A stretch of 64,000 bases of DNA from the IMG/VR virus record IMGVR_UViG_3300033120_000574, positions 1 to 64,000 of that record. One strand, 5' to 3'. Position numbers and translations under genes: made by a program. Positions 7,975 to 16,713 of this stretch are shown here, piece by piece (position 1 is the stretch's first letter; each line of letters opens with the position of its first letter). This stretch comes from a virus. Lineage: Duplodnaviria; Caudoviricetes. A model generated the notes under the pieces. That model saw nothing but the letters and a program-made list of their open reading frames with translations. It searched no databases and was not told the DNA's origin.

Positions 7975-8428
7975 GATACTTACAACCTGGTTAAATAAAC
8001 AGGTGCCAACTACTTTTCCAGACGTGTTAGATGTTGATGGGAAACCACTGCTGCACCGATTCACACGTGTTTTAGGACCAGACCCTAGGTATGCTTCGGT
8101 AAGATTCATTTTTGGAACGTATCCTGGGTACAGAAACAGGTTTTGGTTGAACTACCTGTATGGCGACCCCAACGAAGTGAGACAGTCTGTGAGACTACTA
8201 AAGCCGCTTCAGGCATACAGAACACTACCAGACACAGGAGTCTACACAAACAATAAAATAGAAAACCTTAAGTCAACTGCATTGCTTGACCGCTTGTATG
8301 ATGGCTACTTGTACAGACGTGGGGAAGTGATACTTGACGAACGTGATGCAGTAGAGCTAGTCGACTGTCTTCTTTCGCCTGAGGAAGCAGCATTAATACA
8401 ACTTCAAATCGAATTAGGAAACAAATGA
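7961..8428 (+). CDS. Hypothetical tagged protein, module A
   Basis: Ends VDCLLSPEEAALIQLQIELGNK. Confidence 0.8.
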   Translation: MHYTRILTTWLNKQVPTTFPDVLDVDGKPLLHRFTRVLGPDPRYASVRFIFGTYPGYRNRFWLNYLYGDPNEVRQSVRLLKPLQAYRTLPDTGVYTNNKIENLKSTALLDRLYDGYLYRRGEVILDERDAVELVDCLLSPEEAALIQLQIELGNK

Positions 8429-9771
8429 CGGATAATATAATTGACCTTGGTGAGCGTTCGGCAGCGGATAACAAAATTCACAAAGTGCAACTCAAGGCAA
8501 GTGCACTCACAACTCACGCAGTCATCGTAGGTTCTACGGGATCTGGTAAGTCTGGTCTAATCATTGGAATGGTTGAAGAGTTCATTCGTTTGGGAATCCC
8601 TAGCTTCCTTGTAGACATTAAGGGTGACATCGCAAACATTGCGCTACAGCCACCCGAAATTCGTGAGAAGATGGCACTTAGGTTCCTCACACCAGGCGGG
8701 ACACACGGAGAAGCAGTCAACATCTTCTCAGGCATTGAGAACACGGATCGCGTCACGTCTACTGTGACTGCAATCTACAAGCTTATGGGAATCAAAGCGG
8801 AGCCCACAAGCACACAACACACGTTCATGTCTACGATTATTCAAACGCGTCTTAGCAAGAAGATGCCATGCACAATTGTTGACATCTTTCAAGATGTGTC
8901 GGAGCCACCCTTTGAGTACTTAGGTTTGCTTCCGCTTGAGGAAGTGTTTCCAAAGCAGTCTCGTGCAAAGCTTGCAGCGCGTCTCAACAACTTGATTGCA
9001 GCACCAAGCTTTCAAGCTTGGCGAGAAGGTATCTCACTTGATATCAACTCTCTTATGCAGTGTGAGACTGGTAAAACCCCCGTTGTTGTGTACTCGGTTG
9101 CTCACATCATTGATGACACGGAACGTGTGTTTGCAATCTCCATGTTCTTGGAAGAAATGCAGTCTTGGGTTCGCCAGCAGCCAGGCACGAGTAATCTCAA
9201 GTCTTGTTTGCTTTTAGATGAGATGTTTGGTGTGATGCCTCCACATCCGGCCAATCCTCCAACTAAGAAGCCACTGCTTACGATGTTGAAGCAGGCACGT
9301 GCTCATGGTCTTGGCATTGTAATCTGTTCGCAGAATCCAATGGACCTAGACTACAAGGGTATGAGCAACGCACAGACTTGGTTAGTTGGTCGTTTGCAGA
9401 CTTCTAATGACCGTCGCCGCATTGTTGATGGCGTGTGCTCTGCAACTGCTGCAGATTCGCACAAGATTGACACTGCAATTGCAAGCTTGAAGCAACGTCA
9501 GTTCTTGCTTGTGCGTCCTACTGGCAATGCAGTGTTCAATACACGTGATTGTACTGCTGAGTTGCGTGGTCCAATGTCACCGATGGAGATCAAGAAGTTG
9601 CTCTCTTTTGGGGTTGCGGACGAAGTGCAAACACTGCAAGATTTGAAGGCAAACCTTGAACGTGCTCGTGCTCGTTGGGCAGAAGTCAACACGGATGCTA
9701 ACTGGGCAGACGTAGAAGCTGCACAAGACGCGGTAGATTCTCACACAACAGGTGTTACACAAGATGAATGA
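8425..9771 (+). CDS. HerA/FtsK-superfamily P-loop ATPase (DUF87/DUF853-like)
   Basis: THAVIVGSTGSGKS Walker A; VDIKGD; LLLDE Walker B; KQARAHGLGIVICSQNP (arginine finger, Q sensor). Confidence 0.85.
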   Translation: MTDNIIDLGERSAADNKIHKVQLKASALTTHAVIVGSTGSGKSGLIIGMVEEFIRLGIPSFLVDIKGDIANIALQPPEIREKMALRFLTPGGTHGEAVNIFSGIENTDRVTSTVTAIYKLMGIKAEPTSTQHTFMSTIIQTRLSKKMPCTIVDIFQDVSEPPFEYLGLLPLEEVFPKQSRAKLAARLNNLIAAPSFQAWREGISLDINSLMQCETGKTPVVVYSVAHIIDDTERVFAISMFLEEMQSWVRQQPGTSNLKSCLLLDEMFGVMPPHPANPPTKKPLLTMLKQARAHGLGIVICSQNPMDLDYKGMSNAQTWLVGRLQTSNDRRRIVDGVCSATAADSHKIDTAIASLKQRQFLLVRPTGNAVFNTRDCTAELRGPMSPMEIKKLLSFGVADEVQTLQDLKANLERARARWAEVNTDANWADVEAAQDAVDSHTTGVTQDE

Positions 9772-9916
9772 GAACCCATTAACAGATTATGAACGTCTTG
9801 CATTGATTGCGGAAGTTTATAAGACAGCATTTGGTGCTAAATGGGATGCAGATGCAATACTAAAACAAGTAGATATCCACGAACGTGACCAGTTGCAAAG
9901 AGAACTAAAGGAATAA
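9764..9916 (+). CDS. 50-aa tagged peptide (not in ORF track)
   Basis: MNENPLTDYERL...DIHERDQLQRELKE*. Confidence 0.65.
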   Translation: MNENPLTDYERLALIAEVYKTAFGAKWDADAILKQVDIHERDQLQRELKE

Positions 9917-9917
9917 A

Positions 9918-10211
9918 ATGAAAATCGCTACTCTAGCTTCTCCAGAAGCATTCATGTCACAGCCGGTATATATTGTGTACCTAGACGAAAAAAACAATAA
10001 GCGAATGGCCTGTGAACCATTACTTCACGTGTCCGCTTACAAGTGGGAGACCTTTAGGGATGTAAGAGAGCATCTAGCTGATGCTTACATAACCTACTTT
10101 TGTGCAAACAACATCGTGCAGGCAAGAACTAAGTTTCAAGAGATAGCAGATTTTTATAAAATAACAAATCTGTATTTTGATGATGGCTCAAGTTGTTTGG
10201 AGTCCACATGA
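9918..10211 (+). CDS. Hypothetical protein
   Basis: AAGGA upstream; ORF track. Confidence 0.65.
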   Translation: MKIATLASPEAFMSQPVYIVYLDEKNNKRMACEPLLHVSAYKWETFRDVREHLADAYITYFCANNIVQARTKFQEIADFYKITNLYFDDGSSCLEST

Positions 10212-10558
10212 GTGCTATCTCCGAACTGTTCAGCCATCCAGATGATTATCCTCTTGGTTTCTTTGATCCAGACGAGGATAGCAAGATCTCCGATGACACT
10301 CGGTCAGCCTTTGTGCACGCAGCAGTTGAAGAGTTTGTGTTGTCTCTTGCAAAAGAGAAGAAGATCATTGTAGACACGGATGTGGAGATAAATGATCAAC
10401 ACAAGTTGGTAGCTGCAACTGTTGTTTTTCTTGGTCCTTACCTGGAGCTAGAAGAAAGCATGAAGGCTTGCAAACATCACAGTGGAATTCTTGTAGCTCC
10501 AACTCTTCTTTGGAAAAAGAAGAAGGTGTTTGTTTATGTCGCAGTCCTCGGAAATTGA
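10208..10558 (+). CDS. Hypothetical protein
   Basis: ATGA overlap at 10208, GGAG upstream. Confidence 0.65.
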   Translation: MSAISELFSHPDDYPLGFFDPDEDSKISDDTRSAFVHAAVEEFVLSLAKEKKIIVDTDVEINDQHKLVAATVVFLGPYLELEESMKACKHHSGILVAPTLLWKKKKVFVYVAVLGN

Positions 10559-10707
10559 CATAGAAGGAGACCTATACCTAATAAGTCCAATACGTGAAAT
10601 ACATGTACATGGCGCACGAGATGCTGGCTGTGTAAATCCAAACGAAGTAACTCATCCTATTTGGAGGAAGATGCTAGGGCATGTTTGGAAAGAAAAAGAA
10701 GATAACA

Positions 10708-10989
10708 ATGGAAACAACACATAAAGGTTGCATTTCAGTACGTAGTTACGTGCAGCGTGCAAACATTGAAAATGTAGAGTTCTACAACCCAGTAAAACAC
10801 CACGAATGGGATCATGGACAGGTTTGTAGACACTGCGATTCCTATAGAACCTTTTTTCCTACTACGTTTCACCCAAGCGACCGTTTGTTAACTACGCAAC
10901 TAAGCCGAGAGTTAGGTACACAAGCTACTGCTGAAGAATTGATGCATCGCTTAACGTTACTACAACTACAAGAAGAATTGAAATCATGA
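10708..10989 (+). CDS. Hypothetical tagged protein with CxxC
   Basis: HEWDHGQVCRHC; ends LTLLQLQEELKS. Confidence 0.75.
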   Translation: METTHKGCISVRSYVQRANIENVEFYNPVKHHEWDHGQVCRHCDSYRTFFPTTFHPSDRLLTTQLSRELGTQATAEELMHRLTLLQLQEELKS

Positions 10990-11444
10990 AACTCAAAGAA
11001 AAGATACTTCGTAAGGCTGCTTCGCTTCTAAACAATCGACTTGCACAGCTTAAGCAAGAGGAAGCACCTGTTGCAGCTGCACCAACACCTGTTCCAGACC
11101 CAGTTCCTGCACCCACCACACAGTTATCGGAGATGCCAGATCCCGCAACGCTGCCAAAGATCTACGGCCACGACGGCAAAGAGATTCCAGTGTCTATAGA
11201 GCCTCTTCCAAACTATGAGACGTTTTTCTTTATGTTCACACGCAAGTATGGAACGAAGGGTAAGCATCCAATGAGCTTGAATGGCGAAATCAGGGAGTTC
11301 GATTGTAGGACATTGTATGACATGCTGTACGTCATACGAACCTCTCCAAAGGCCAACGAAACCCACTGGTCAGTGTATGGGGCAGTTCTCAGTGTGATCA
11401 TGCACGCACATGGCGAAGACGTAACCAAACAGGTGTTAAATTGA
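10986..11444 (+). CDS. Hypothetical protein with Pro/Ala linker
   Basis: APVAAAPTPVPDPVPAP linker. Confidence 0.7.
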   Translation: MKLKEKILRKAASLLNNRLAQLKQEEAPVAAAPTPVPDPVPAPTTQLSEMPDPATLPKIYGHDGKEIPVSIEPLPNYETFFFMFTRKYGTKGKHPMSLNGEIREFDCRTLYDMLYVIRTSPKANETHWSVYGAVLSVIMHAHGEDVTKQVLN

Positions 11445-11980
11445 AAGTTGCAATCGACATCCAGTACTTAACCAGCACGTCATACATGTTGGGTGCTGTC
11501 TTCTTTGAAAATTGGACAAGCAAAGAAGAGCATTTCTATTTACAACAGTATGTTACTGGGCATACGCAGATTCCACCATACGTTCCAGGTAACTTCAAAG
11601 AGCGAGAACTTCCACTGCTTTTGACCTTCATCGAGGGTTCACAGCAAAAACGTAAAGACCTTTGGGAAAAGGTAGATACGATCATAATTGATGGCTATGT
11701 AGACTTGGGCCGGGACCCAGGCTTGGGTAGGCATTTGTACAACGAACTTAAAGGAAAGTATCTTGTTGTTGGTGTGGCTAAGAAGCCATACAAAGAAGCA
11801 AACAACGCCATTAAGGTTTTCCGAGGTAAATCAAAGACGCCGCTGTACGTGACAGCTACTCATGATCCTCTTGGAGCCGCAAGTTGTATGTATGCCCTGG
11901 AAGGAAACTACAGGCTTCCAACCTTCTTGAAACTGGCTGACTCAATCGCAAGGAATACACACAAACATGAAAAAGTTTAA
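11441..11980 (+). CDS. nfi: Endonuclease V family protein
   Basis: AIDxxY, YVPGxFxxRELP, IIDGY, GLGxHL, GVAK, PLYVTA, YRLPxxLKLAD. Confidence 0.85.
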   Translation: MKVAIDIQYLTSTSYMLGAVFFENWTSKEEHFYLQQYVTGHTQIPPYVPGNFKERELPLLLTFIEGSQQKRKDLWEKVDTIIIDGYVDLGRDPGLGRHLYNELKGKYLVVGVAKKPYKEANNAIKVFRGKSKTPLYVTATHDPLGAASCMYALEGNYRLPTFLKLADSIARNTHKHEKV

Positions 11981-12146
11981 TTGGAGTTGGATAACTGAGC
12001 AGGTGTTGATCTGGTGCACTGTCCTGTCTTTCGTGACAGGTTTCCTAGGTCCAGAGCCATACGGCTCCTGGTGTCGCCAACACTTCTTTAGCGTCGTGAT
12101 CTGCCTGCTTGCATACTTAGTCGGTAAGTATGAACCGGTCAAGTGA
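11967..12146 (+). CDS. 59-aa two-TM membrane protein (not in ORF track)
   Basis: MKKFNWSWITEQVLIWCTVLSFVTGFLG...FFSVVICLLAYLVGKYEPVK*. Confidence 0.55.
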   Translation: MKKFNWSWITEQVLIWCTVLSFVTGFLGPEPYGSWCRQHFFSVVICLLAYLVGKYEPVK

Positions 12147-12345
12147 AGTCACACTAGAAGAACTTGAACAGGGAAGTGTAGATGCTTACCACTCAGTGAA
12201 AGCGTGGCATCTGGAAGAAATAGAACGAACAGCATTAGCATATGAGTTGGGTGTTGGTACAAAACAAGCTGCTCATATGGCACGCGTACAGTACTCACTA
12301 TTCATATTGCTTAACTGTAACATCCCAGACTCAAAGGATAGGTAA
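12130..12345 (+). CDS. Small protein with LAYELGVGT motif
   Basis: Paralogous motif shared with 12347..12553. Confidence 0.7.
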   Translation: MNRSSEVTLEELEQGSVDAYHSVKAWHLEEIERTALAYELGVGTKQAAHMARVQYSLFILLNCNIPDSKDR

Positions 12346-12346
12346 T

Positions 12347-12553
12347 ATGCCTGAGACTAGAGAGTCAGTGCTTGACGATACTAGGAAGTACTTTGAGCAT
12401 GAGGCTGAGCTTGCTCGCTTAGCTTATGAACTTGGCGTAGGCACATTAGAGTCTGCGGAACATGCACAACGCTGCCTTACAAATTGTGTACACAACCATG
12501 AGATCATTAAGTCACTTTGGTCTCAGCAAAATGCAATAGAAAACGAGGAGTAA
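12347..12553 (+). CDS. Small protein with LAYELGVGT motif
   Basis: Start reassigned to ATG 12347 (AGGT upstream); AELARLAYELGVGTLESAEHAQ. Confidence 0.7.
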   Translation: MPETRESVLDDTRKYFEHEAELARLAYELGVGTLESAEHAQRCLTNCVHNHEIIKSLWSQQNAIENEE

Positions 12554-13047
12554 TGGGCCGAAGTTTTACAAATGAAACACGGAGAACCTTTGCTGCAAAA
12601 AAGTCTAAGGACCACATAGCAAGGACACATTGGTCAGGAAGTAACGAAGGTATTCGTTTAAGGTCACTAGCTAGTGACCTTGTTTGGTTTGAAGAGCTTA
12701 GACAACAAGACGCTCCTGCTGTTGTACCAGTTCCTGCACCAGTACTACAGCAACTACACACAGAGAAAATAACTCGTGCAGACGTTCACGGCCTTACAGC
12801 AGATGAACTTCGCTTGATGCATAACCAAACGATTAGGCGGTTAGGTAAGTTGTGCAAGAAGCACAATCCAACGTATGCAACCAACTCAGAACTTCAAAGG
12901 TTGGAGGAATGGCGTCTGACAGAAATAAAGCATGTGAACACAAACTGTACAATCTTGACTCAGCTCTTGATTGATATGAAAGAACCTCTAACCAAGCCAA
13001 AGGTTGCAAATGTCGTCAAGGAAGATGAAAATCAAAAGCATGTTTAA
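12553..13047 (+). CDS. Hypothetical protein
   Basis: GAGGAG ribosome-binding site before ATG 12553. Confidence 0.7.
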   Translation: MGRSFTNETRRTFAAKKSKDHIARTHWSGSNEGIRLRSLASDLVWFEELRQQDAPAVVPVPAPVLQQLHTEKITRADVHGLTADELRLMHNQTIRRLGKLCKKHNPTYATNSELQRLEEWRLTEIKHVNTNCTILTQLLIDMKEPLTKPKVANVVKEDENQKHV

Positions 13048-13203
13048 TTCCCTCTTAGAGGGTGCAATGTACTTGTTCTACGTGCCACGAACAGAGTTCA
13101 GGAAACCACGAGAGTTTCCAAAGACTGCAGAAGAGGCACTAAAGCAAGACATGGAAGCTATTCGAAAAGACGCTGTAAAAGTGTGGGGAGAGGATTGGGA
13201 TAA

Positions 13204-13500
13204 ATGGCCAAAGAGTTAACTGAAATTGAGCAACTGCAACATGAGCTTGGTGTTCCAAAGCCAAAGTGGGCGGTAGCTACACTGCTGGATCAAACACACG
13301 GTTACTTTGCAGAAGGTGATGAGGGAAACTACGGGGTATGGACAACACAGCATCCGAAAGCGTGTTTATATGACACTAAAGAAGAGGCAGAGGATGCTAT
13401 GGCTTCTTGCATTAGCGCAGAGAACATACCTGCTGATGAAATTTGGATTGAAGATGTTTTAGATTCTAACGAGTTTAAAGCACGTGAAGACACTTGGTAA
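13204..13500 (+). CDS. Acidic hypothetical protein with an N-terminal copy of the tag
   Basis: Begins MAKELTEIEQLQHELGV. Confidence 0.7.
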   Translation: MAKELTEIEQLQHELGVPKPKWAVATLLDQTHGYFAEGDEGNYGVWTTQHPKACLYDTKEEAEDAMASCISAENIPADEIWIEDVLDSNEFKAREDTW

Positions 13501-13507
13501 GGTGCAT

Positions 13508-13807
13508 ATGAAAGAAGACCCGTTTCGACTAAACGCAAAACCGGAACAAAAGATGGAGAGTAAGATGCATGAGTTCTTTGAAGGAGTAAAAAAGAACAGT
13601 GAGACAATCACTAAACTTGGAGAAAACCTTGTATTTGCAACCGCAATAATTGGTTTCTTGCTTGTAGCTACGTTTGGAATTCACTCTTGTTCTTCTACTG
13701 CAGTGACTAGGGCAGAGATCATTGAGTGCATACGCGTTTGCAATGGACATGAAAACGTACAAACCTACGAAGGCACTAACCGTGTGTGTCGTTGTCGTCA
13801 CCATTGA
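13508..13807 (+). CDS. Small membrane protein with Cys-rich C-terminus
   Basis: TM segment LVFATAIIGFLLVATFGI; CxxxC...CxC. Confidence 0.6.
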   Translation: MKEDPFRLNAKPEQKMESKMHEFFEGVKKNSETITKLGENLVFATAIIGFLLVATFGIHSCSSTAVTRAEIIECIRVCNGHENVQTYEGTNRVCRCRHH

Positions 13808-13810
13808 CAC

Positions 13811-13845
13811 TTGACAGTAACACCGTTCCGTAGTAACACTAATTC
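13811..13845 (+). promoter_or_regulatory. Putative promoter
   Basis: TTGACAGTAACA identical to 5736; intergenic. Confidence 0.45.
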
Positions 13846-13880
13846 CAGTTCGATAACCAACCATTTCTCGGAGACTAAAG

Positions 13881-14372
13881 ATGACTTTGCCAAAGAATGT
13901 TCGTGTGTTTCATATCCGCAATATCCAAAACCCAAACCAAGTTCTTACGATTGCGGAGACATACAACCCAGACGACAAGCTTGACGGAAAGGCTTGTGCA
14001 ACGACCACATACGGTTGGAGCTTGAACAAGCCAACGCATTGGGTTACTTACAAGGGGCCAGACCGAATCATCATGGACAAGATCAAGGGTGATGCTTTCA
14101 ATCGTGACAAGGGTCGAATGATTGCAATGGGTCGCATGTCTCACAACCGTTCTAACGTCACATTGGAAGTTCGTAATGGAGAGCGTCCAATTGATGCCAT
14201 CATGGCAAACTTGGTGACTAGCGTGGACACGCAGATTTCACAGATTGCACGTGATTGGCTGTGTGGGGTAAAGCCAAGCAAGGGTGACAAGGATCAGCTT
14301 CGTATGTTTGAGGCAACACGTGCTTCCCGTGCACGAGCAAACGCAGCTGTGCTTGGTGGGGTGACACAGTAA
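13881..14372 (+). CDS. Phage hypothetical protein
   Basis: GGAG ribosome-binding site; DAFNRDKGRMIAMGR motif of a type seen in phage proteins. Confidence 0.7.
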   Translation: MTLPKNVRVFHIRNIQNPNQVLTIAETYNPDDKLDGKACATTTYGWSLNKPTHWVTYKGPDRIIMDKIKGDAFNRDKGRMIAMGRMSHNRSNVTLEVRNGERPIDAIMANLVTSVDTQISQIARDWLCGVKPSKGDKDQLRMFEATRASRARANAAVLGGVTQ

Positions 14373-14388
14373 GGCGAGTGATAGCGTA

Positions 14389-14453
14389 AGACCGGCACCA
14401 TTGGCGTACCCAAGGGGCAGTGCAATATGGTGGTTCGACTCCACCACGGTCTG
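14389..14453 (+). ncRNA. tRNA-like element (canonical T-arm and acceptor-like stem, short non-canonical middle)
   Basis: GGTGG-TTCGACT-CCACC T-arm at 14429-14445; AGACCG/CGGTCT stem; only ~33 nt between, with no clear D arm or anticodon arm. Confidence 0.5.
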
Positions 14454-14471
14454 TTACTTTTAGGAGTTAAT

Positions 14472-15080
14472 ATGATCCCAGGAATTATAATCATTTGTTT
14501 AGTTGTTGCTTGTTTCATTGCTTTTGGCATTTGGTTCTTTGTACAGGGAATCAAGCCCATTGTACCAGAAGGCACAAAGTATACACTCATGACTTCAACT
14601 GGAATCAAGTTCACCTTGGTGACACAGAATCTTTCCATAGTTGAATTGAAGGCACATGTACCATTGGCTGGAAGGCTACCACAGCAGGTGTTCTTGGATA
14701 CTATGGAAGCTTTGCTAGCTACTTGGGGAAATACATACAATGTAACACCAAAGAAGGTGTTGGATAACATGTATGTTGTTTTCTATACAGATGCGGCTTG
14801 GGAGAAACTGTTGACTTCGGTTGGATACACTCCTGCAGACAAAGTAGTTGCCTTCCAAAACAGGGTTCCACAGCGTGTTGGTCAAGGCCCAGTGCAAATC
14901 AACATTCAAGCAAGCGCTGGTGAAACAGACTATTTGCTGATTCACGAAGTACTTCATGCATTGTTAAGTACAAGGGCAAACAAAGACCCAGATCGCACGC
15001 ACAATGACAGTTTGATTTGGGGACAAAACCAAGTTCAAGGTATCGAGCGCTCAGTGCAAATTGCAGCAATGAAGGAATGA
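14472..15080 (+). CDS. Membrane-anchored HExxH zinc-metallopeptidase-like protein
   Basis: AGGAG ribosome-binding site; N-terminal TM helix; LLIHEVLHALL with a downstream H (DRTH). Confidence 0.65.
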   Translation: MIPGIIIICLVVACFIAFGIWFFVQGIKPIVPEGTKYTLMTSTGIKFTLVTQNLSIVELKAHVPLAGRLPQQVFLDTMEALLATWGNTYNVTPKKVLDNMYVVFYTDAAWEKLLTSVGYTPADKVVAFQNRVPQRVGQGPVQINIQASAGETDYLLIHEVLHALLSTRANKDPDRTHNDSLIWGQNQVQGIERSVQIAAMKE

Positions 15081-15081
15081 C

Positions 15082-16008
15082 ATGCGTTATAACCCTTGGA
15101 AAAACGATCCGGATTGGAAGACAACACCTCCTCCAATGTGGGTAGATGTAAAAGCTCTAAGTCAAAAGCAACTCAAGGAACATGAGTATAAAGTTCGCTG
15201 GGAGTTCGCGGACATGATTGAACGTGCTTGTCTTACGCAGACTGCGACAAGCTGCAAAGCTTGTGATTGGAGGCCAAGTAAAAAGCCAGAGTGGGTATGG
15301 GACGCTTTGATTCGAAACAACCGATATGGTAATCCTGCACCTAATGTAACATTGGATGAACTTCGGGAAGAGTACAAGGCCACATATGCAGGTTTGGTAA
15401 CATATGCTGAGGAGGTGCGAGCACACTTTGCTACACATAAGAATGTGGCAACTTGCAAGTGTGGCAAAGTGCACAAGAATGCAACTGCTGCCAAGAAGCA
15501 TGAGTCTACAATCATATGTAAAGAGACCTACCGCAACGTGAAAGTGGAAAGCCAAGGATACAAAATGGCTAAGGTTGGTGGTTTGTTTCATGACATGCTT
15601 GATTTGATCCGAACACGTCATGTCCACATTCTTGGTTTCGTTGAGTTTGAGGATGAAGAAACCATTGACTTGCTCAAGCAAGAGCGAAACAAGGCAATTA
15701 AGTACGTTGTAGAGTTAGCACAAGCTAAGCGGTACTTGACACAATACGTAGTAAACACACCCTCTGTTTCTCCAGGTGACGCTGGTTGGCAAGAAGTGTA
15801 TTGGTTATCTAACGAGATTTCATACTCCTTGGAGACACTGTCTAAGTACACCGAGAAGCGTACGGACAAGCCAAGAGGAGACTTTGCAAAAGTTAAAGAG
15901 TGGCAAGAGCGCCAAACTCAAACAGCGTTAGACTTCTTAATGGCTGATCAAGAAGAAAAAGATACTATTCTTGGTTGCTTGGAACTTCAACTGCATGGAA
16001 TGCAATGA
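15082..16008 (+). CDS. Zinc-finger protein (C2H2 + CxCG...H...C), class II tag
   Basis: CKAC...HFATH; CKCGKVH...H...C; ends EEKDTILGCLELQLHGMQ. Confidence 0.75.
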   Translation: MRYNPWKNDPDWKTTPPPMWVDVKALSQKQLKEHEYKVRWEFADMIERACLTQTATSCKACDWRPSKKPEWVWDALIRNNRYGNPAPNVTLDELREEYKATYAGLVTYAEEVRAHFATHKNVATCKCGKVHKNATAAKKHESTIICKETYRNVKVESQGYKMAKVGGLFHDMLDLIRTRHVHILGFVEFEDEETIDLLKQERNKAIKYVVELAQAKRYLTQYVVNTPSVSPGDAGWQEVYWLSNEISYSLETLSKYTEKRTDKPRGDFAKVKEWQERQTQTALDFLMADQEEKDTILGCLELQLHGMQ

Positions 16009-16712
16009 CTACTGTGTATGACCTGCTCGAAAAAGAGAAGGAATTGTGGGCACTGTGCAAGACACACCTTGTAAATCAACGAAGGTCATCTAGGTATTTT
16101 TGTCCTTTTTGCAAAGAGATGTTGCTTGAACACAACGACTTCTACTCCTACAACACAAGTAATGCGAAGCGGTACGGACATTACCAATTTAAGATTGATT
16201 CCATTAAGAACCACATGAACGCTCACAAATCTGTAGAGTGTTCATGTGGTAAGTTGTTTAAGAGGCAAGAAGAGAAGATTGCACATATGGTCAAACCTGT
16301 GTGCAAAGACCGTACCGTAATCAAGCAGGTTCTAGACCAAGGCTATGTAGATAGTAGGCACGTTCAACTGTTAGAAGACTGTTTGCAAGCACTTCACTTT
16401 GAAATTTCCGACGATGAAAACACTTGGAATGAAGTACAAGAAGCATACACTGAGGCGAAGAATAACCTGCCTGCACAACTAGGTGCTATCAAGATTCCAA
16501 CGAGGAATCGCCTATACCAAGGCTGGTACACAAAGCCAGAGACGGCTGCACTGCTGCGTGGTGTGTTTGAGAGTCAAGCAAATATGGCTGCTAGGTCCAC
16601 TACCGACCCATATGCAGCACAAAAACTGCTGTACGAAGCACATTACATACTAGCTGCATCTAGAGAAGAGAAAGATAGCTTTCTTTGCATGCTAGAGCTT
16701 AGAAAAGGTTGA
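16005..16712 (+). CDS. Zinc-finger protein paralog, class II tag
   Basis: CPFC...HMNAH; CSCGKLF...H...C; ends EEKDSFLCMLELRKG. Confidence 0.75.
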   Translation: MTTVYDLLEKEKELWALCKTHLVNQRRSSRYFCPFCKEMLLEHNDFYSYNTSNAKRYGHYQFKIDSIKNHMNAHKSVECSCGKLFKRQEEKIAHMVKPVCKDRTVIKQVLDQGYVDSRHVQLLEDCLQALHFEISDDENTWNEVQEAYTEAKNNLPAQLGAIKIPTRNRLYQGWYTKPETAALLRGVFESQANMAARSTTDPYAAQKLLYEAHYILAASREEKDSFLCMLELRKG

Positions 16713-16713
16713 T

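Noticed and set aside
14429-14448. tmRNA or canonical tRNA gene
   Set aside because: CTCCACCA here is part of the T-stem; there is no tmRNA body and no anticodon arm.
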